In this document: in pieces, positions 58,564-64,000 of the stretch | Numbering within the stretch: the first letter of the stretch is position 1 | Layout: every line of letters starts with the position of its first letter | NCBI GenBank assembly: GCA_964016885.1 | Contig: OZ024742.1 | Coordinates: forward strand, 248,434,001 to 248,498,000 | DNA from: Eledone cirrhosa | Lineage: Eukaryota | DNA: 64,000 nt | Direction: 5' to 3' | The notes under the pieces: generated by a model | Database searches by the model: none | What the model saw: the letters and a program-made list of their open reading frames with translations, nothing else | What the model was told of the DNA's origin: nothing | Program-made: the position numbers and the translations under genes

Positions 58564-59187
58564 TCCTTGAATCTCAGTCATTGATGTTGGTTAACTGGAA
58601 AGTCCGTTGGATTGAATATCAAGCCACTACCTGCAGCCTCAGATATTCAGGACGTATCGGAGGGTTCTTGCCGTTCCAAGCAAGCATGCCTTTTGAAGCG
58701 TTCCAAAAAGCGTGAAGGGGCCGATTTTCTTTAACCATCCCTGGAAACCTTTGGAGATAGTCCCCAGTGCGCCTATGACAATCGGGATCACTTTGACTTC
58801 ATGGCAGTTCCAAATCCTTTTCACCTCCCACTTTAGGTCCTGGTATCGGTTAATTTTCTCCCTCTCCTTCTCTTGCACTCTCGTGTCGAACGGGCAGGCC
58901 ACATCCACAATCAGGCACGATCTTTTTTCTTTGTCCACAACCACCAGGTCAGGTCTATTGTGTTCCAGTTTTTTGTCCGTCTGTATCCTAAAATCCCACA
59001 GCACCTTCACCTGACTGTTCTCCATCACCGCCTCTGGCCTATGCTCATACCATTTCTCAGAATGTGGTAGATTGTTTACTTTGCACAGGTGCCAGTGGAT
59101 CACCCTGCCCATCACATCGTGTCTCCAGCCCTTATAGTGGGTCTGGGCTAGGTGTTTACACTCGGACACAATGTGAGCCACAGTCTC
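58564..59187 (-). mobile_element. R4/Dong-type non-LTR retrotransposon 3' end (restriction-like endonuclease), inserted in (TAA)n
   Basis: ETVAHIVSEC..RHD..LWDFRIQTD..HNRPDLVVVDK..IVDVACP..EK..RYQDL..VIPIVIGALG; stop at 58639; TAT repeats on both flanks. Confidence 0.9.
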
Positions 59188-59254
<67 letters not shown>

Positions 59255-59709
59255 ATTATCATCATCTTCAAGATAATCATCATCTGTATTTCAATAGTTA
59301 TATGCAATTTATTTATTGGCAGATGTTTCTATATGTTTCTGAGGTGTTCACAGCATTGTCTTGTGGGAATTTTGGGGAGAGTGTGTATATATCTTACAAA
59401 ATACATATTTATTACAATTGTTGTTATTGTTGATATTATTGTTGTTATTATTATTATTAATATTATTACTATTATTACTATTATTGTTGTTGTTTGGTCT
59501 GCCCAGATGTATGTGAATATCGCTCCATAAGTTTTGTCAATTTTCAAGTGTTTATTGAATTCGTTCTTCTATTTTTGTCACAAACTGTTTATAAGACGCC
59601 ACACATTGCACCGTGTTAAGGTGGCCCCATAATATTTGGGCGTTTATTTTCTTGACAAATATTTTGGTAAAAAAAACAAAACCTGGACGGAGCACGCCGC
59701 ACTCCAACG

Positions 59710-61410
59710 TTGAAGCAGCTGTCACGTGACAGTGGCTCGAACGTTGAAATGAATAACCCTGCCCCTTCCTTACCAGTTATGAACACCAACATTACATTAG
59801 CCAGTGTCACCAACAGCAGCACCAACAACAGCAACGACACCAACACCAACCCCAACAATAGTGAAAACACAAATGTGAACAAAAATGACATCACCCACAA
59901 TAACATGAATAACGACAACACCTCAGCAACAAGGAAAAGCAGTAAAACAGCATCACACAAAGAAATAAACGATAATAACAACACAGAAACAATAGGAGTA
60001 CTTTCGCAGGTCACTGTGGTAAAGAGTCACACGCTTTACAATTTCGACATAGCAGAAACAATTATAAATAGAGAAAAGACCTGGGACAACTTAAACGTCC
60101 CGGCAGAGGTAATGGCAGCAACGGAGGTTGAAATATCAATGCATTTCAGTGAAATCTCCAAAAGCCGATACAGCCTCTGAATGATAATTTGCGTCGGAAC
60201 TGAAATACATCAACAATAATGACATTGAGCATATAGCAAGGGCCAAACAATTTGGGAGCATCTTCAACTTCTAGTGAAGGGTACAGGTTCCGTCGGTGAG
60301 GCGGTCCATCTGCTGCCAGCATCCTCTAAACAGAGGGACGGGCATGCCGTCACTAATGATGCGCAAACACGCGCTGAGGCTGCGGCATCTCCTGATATTC
60401 TCCCTTAACTGCCAAAAGGTTTTTTCGCAGCTCGTCTCTTTGACTGAGCTGCATTCCTGAATCAAGAATAGACCAGACTGGGCGTCTGCCATCTGGAATT
60501 TTGCCAGGCGCTCACTACCCTCTATCGGGCGGGCAATGCGGTCAGTAATATTTCCACTCTTGATTTCTATAGAGGATTTGTATTTATGTTGGACAAGTGA
60601 AACGATGACTGGGGCTGGGCTCAAGGCAGTCAAACTGACCAGTCTGTTTCGGACGGTTTTCGAACTTGGGACTATGAATAATGTCAAGAAATCCCTCGCA
60701 TAACCTTGCTACCGGTGGCCCTACCAGTTCAAGATAAACTGTACAGGCATGGAAGAGCTGTCAGACGGACCTGCACACAATAGTCGAGTGTCCGTGCATT
60801 GCTGACTTATTGAGTTATGTCAAATAGCTGTTGCCATGCTTAGAACAGATCCGGCTATCGACTGAGTCCATAGTGCTGATCACTCCGCCACCTTCTTTTG
60901 GCCGGGAAAGCCATGTATTTTCCTCTGTCTGGTGGCGATAGCGAAAGAGATTGCATGGTGGACCAGGCTGAAACGACTGAAGACAGACACTTTTCTCTTC
61001 AGTCAATTCTCCATGGACCTTTTCAAGTTTCACTTGGAAAGAAAGGTGAGGGAGGAGAGGGAAGTGCTTCCCCGCAGAATATTTGTTAGATGGTGGGTGA
61101 CTGTGTCGAGAATAGCTCAAGTGAATGGTCCTTGCTCTGAGCATGCGCTTGCAGGCTAGTTAATTTGAGGAGGAGAGTGGTGCCCTTCACGGGTACTCTA
61201 GAACCGCCAGCTTATTCAGGATTGCGGGGGGTACCTGAGTCGCTATTGAATTTGTTATCCTTCCTATGGGGGAATGTAATTTGTTCTAATGTTATTGTTA
61301 TTTTTTTACTGTTATTTATATTATTTACACGTTTATATATGTAAAAGCACTACTGCTCCTGTCTCTGTATTGTCCCCCATATTTCGGCCCCTGTGACCAA
61401 TAAATGAACT
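59710..61410 (+). mobile_element. Tx1/L1-like LINE remnant (N/T-rich 5' part, internal deletion, ORF2 C-terminus, 3' UTR)
   Basis: VRRSICCQHPLNRGTGMPSLMMRKHALRLRHL; AKEIAWWTR..FKFHLERKVREER; ends AATAAA plus (ATC/ATT)n. Confidence 0.75.
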
Positions 61411-61720
61411 AATTATCATTATCATTATCATTATTATCATTATTATTATTATTCATTATCATTTTTATTACTATTACTATAATTCTCTTCTGTATTGTAC
61501 AAACGTGTTTTCATTTTCCTCCAAAGCAAGGTCATACTTATCGTTTTGGATGTTAGACATACCCAAGTTTCATTCCTACGACTGATGCCAACCACTCCCC
61601 TCGTTAGGTGCCAGGCAGTTTTATTTATTTCTGCCTTTAGGGGAAGACATTAGCGAAAGCTCTCCTTGTTTTCAACATCTCAAACAAAAACATGTATGGC
61701 CTCCACGAAGTTCCCCCTGC

Positions 61721-61824
<104 letters not shown>

Positions 61825-61869
61825 CATCTCTCTCTTTATTTATCGTTCGCGTCGTCATACAGTTCATGA

Positions 61870-64000
61870 GGTAGCATCAGAAATAATACGACTGCGAACA
61901 ACACCACTTCAGTCACTAACAACAAAGTCACCACAAGAAACAACGACAACGACAGCATCAGTCTACCAGAGAGCCAGTCAGTTCTAGCAAAATACTAACT
62001 CAAAAATATCAGTATCTTCAACAGCATCGAGAAGAACAACAGTATATTTACAAAATGCAAACAACTTTTATGTATTATGTAACAGCAGTGAACCTGTCAA
62101 CTAGCTAGCTAACCTCTCAGTCATCCTGCCAGCTCTGCAGCCAACAAGCCCCCACATCAAACTGTCAGATAGACAAACAGCTAACCAAACAGTCAGCTAG
62201 GGAGCCAATTAGTCTCACATTTAGCAAACAGATTATTTGCAGTCACCTGTAAAACACTGGGAAATGTCTCCTATCAAGAATACTAGATAGACGTGTGCAG
62301 ATATATGGCAGAACAATGATCACAAAGTCGTACTTCAGAATCCATCACAGGTAATGGAGAATCTACGTCTCCTCAAAATAACTAAGTATACCATAGGCGC
62401 AATTCTTGATGTGAGGTAAACACCACGTAGCATGGCATTGAAAAGGTTTTGGGGTTCGTGCTAAAGTATAAAGCTCTCGTATGGTGAAGAAAGATATTTG
62501 CAACTGTGGATGTGAGGTTTCCCGTCGTAGAACTGGATAAACCCCATTAATTAGCGACGAATTCATCATCACTCACTTCTGCTCAGGCCAAAGTTTGGTA
62601 AAAGTCAGGCTGATACATGTGCCACCCGAAATAGCCTATCGAGTGTCGCTGGTGATATCGAGGATCCATCCACCATCCAATATGTCTATAGAGTGAGGAG
62701 GCAAATAGTCATAGTTATAATGGAAACCCTATTAATTTCCTCAGATATGACGTCCAACAAAACCAGTGGCATTCGTTACTTCAACAACAGCTGCCATAAC
62801 AGAATTATCAAAGATGTGAATATCTTCCTGAATACATGTGAAAGATCGGTGACGGCATCGCCTGTACCCTCACCAGAGAAAGTGGTTAAACCAGAAGCAA
62901 TAGTCACGGGGACAACTGCTAGGCAGGCAGAATAAAAAACAGCAGCCAATGGGAAAGCAAGTTCCACAACATCGACTACAGAACTCCCTCCCCAACACAA
63001 ACATTACATCTATAGAAAAGTCTCTTTCCAATTCTGAATTCCTGAACATGTCCTGTTATGATAGGGATATGAATGGGAGGAAAAGCAAAACTCTTCCCAA
63101 AATAGTGAGGAAACAATAAAAGAAAAAAAGGAAAGACAAAACTTAGGACATAAGATGTGTAGGCAGGAGAAAAGTAATACCAACAACAACAACAACAACT
63201 ACAACAACACCAGCCACAATAACTACGGAAAACACCAATACGACAAACACCAACAAAAAAATGAAACCACAACCCCATCCACTCCCACATCAGCAACAAG
63301 AGAGGCCCCGCAACACGTCCAAAAGACATTTCAATTCAAGCACTCGATAAACAACGAAATAATTAACAATATATATGTCAACAGACCAATATTATACAAA
63401 AAGGATTATGTACCACCAACAATAAACTTACCATACACACAAAAAATCATTAGAAGCAAGCATAGTACACATTCACAAGCCTAAAACTAAAATTCCCCAG
63501 CAGAATTGTTCACTTCCGCAAAACAGATGGTCATCGAAGTAATATACATCGAATTATTCGTGGAGACATCCACATTTAGCCGGAAAAACGAGCCAGCCGT
63601 TCCTTCAAAAAATATAAGGTAAGTGATCCTTCTCACTTCCCTGCTCCAAAATGGCCTTACTCGGAATAGGCAGTCTAAATGGTCATGGGTTAAGAATGCT
63701 TTGGAACCAAAGTCACCTGTTCAACGCCACTAAGTCAATAAACTTAGATGCAATGGCCATCAGTGAGACCAGCATTTCCAGTTTCGAAGCCTAAGAAGTT
63801 TACTCAACTCGCATCTATCCCTGATCTAAAGGCGGAGTCGCTGTGTTGCTTCGGAATAGTCTGGATCTTACGATAGGAACCACCTTCCTGATCCAAGAAG
63901 GTAAGTCAGCAGTGCTGGACCTGGCCACAGATGTCCATTTGTGTCTCGACAGAAGAGGAACTGTCAGATTTCTTGAGGCGTCAGGAGACCTTTTTAGGAA
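61870..64000 (+). mobile_element. Tx1/L1-like LINE 5' remnant (ORF1 debris and start of AP endonuclease), runs off the window
   Basis: KVRLIHVPPEI; NLDAMAISET; KGGVAVLLRNSLDL..EGKSAVLD. Confidence 0.65.

Noticed and set aside
59710-60180. 156-aa Asn-rich ORF as a host gene
   Set aside because: Low complexity and contiguous with Tx1/L1-like remnants.

Overview
AT-rich, microsatellite-saturated eukaryotic DNA, most likely a cephalopod (Octopus-like); this assignment rests on my recognition of its SINEs and RTE 3' tails. Almost all ORFs in the supplied track are (TA)n/(CA)n/(GA)n translation artefacts. Supportable content: one probable host exon (30406-~30718, +), decayed non-LTR retrotransposons (RTE, R4/Dong-type, Tx1/L1-like), a Tc1/mariner remnant, tRNA-derived SINEs and three Penelope-like element (PLE) coding remnants. 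The main hidden structure is a PLE/hammerhead-ribozyme (HHR) system. It includes about 10 type-I minimal HHR motifs with tiny palindromic stem III, a near-identical ~472-bp HHR-bearing tandem-plus-inverted array (retrozyme-like, 42694-44297), and about a dozen different non-coding 'fold-back palindrome + unpaired tail' mini-element families in (TA)n tracts. Several of these fold back at what looks like HHR stem II, and many carry GAG(C/T)(A/G)CT in the tail. All folds and alignments were read by eye; no computation was run.
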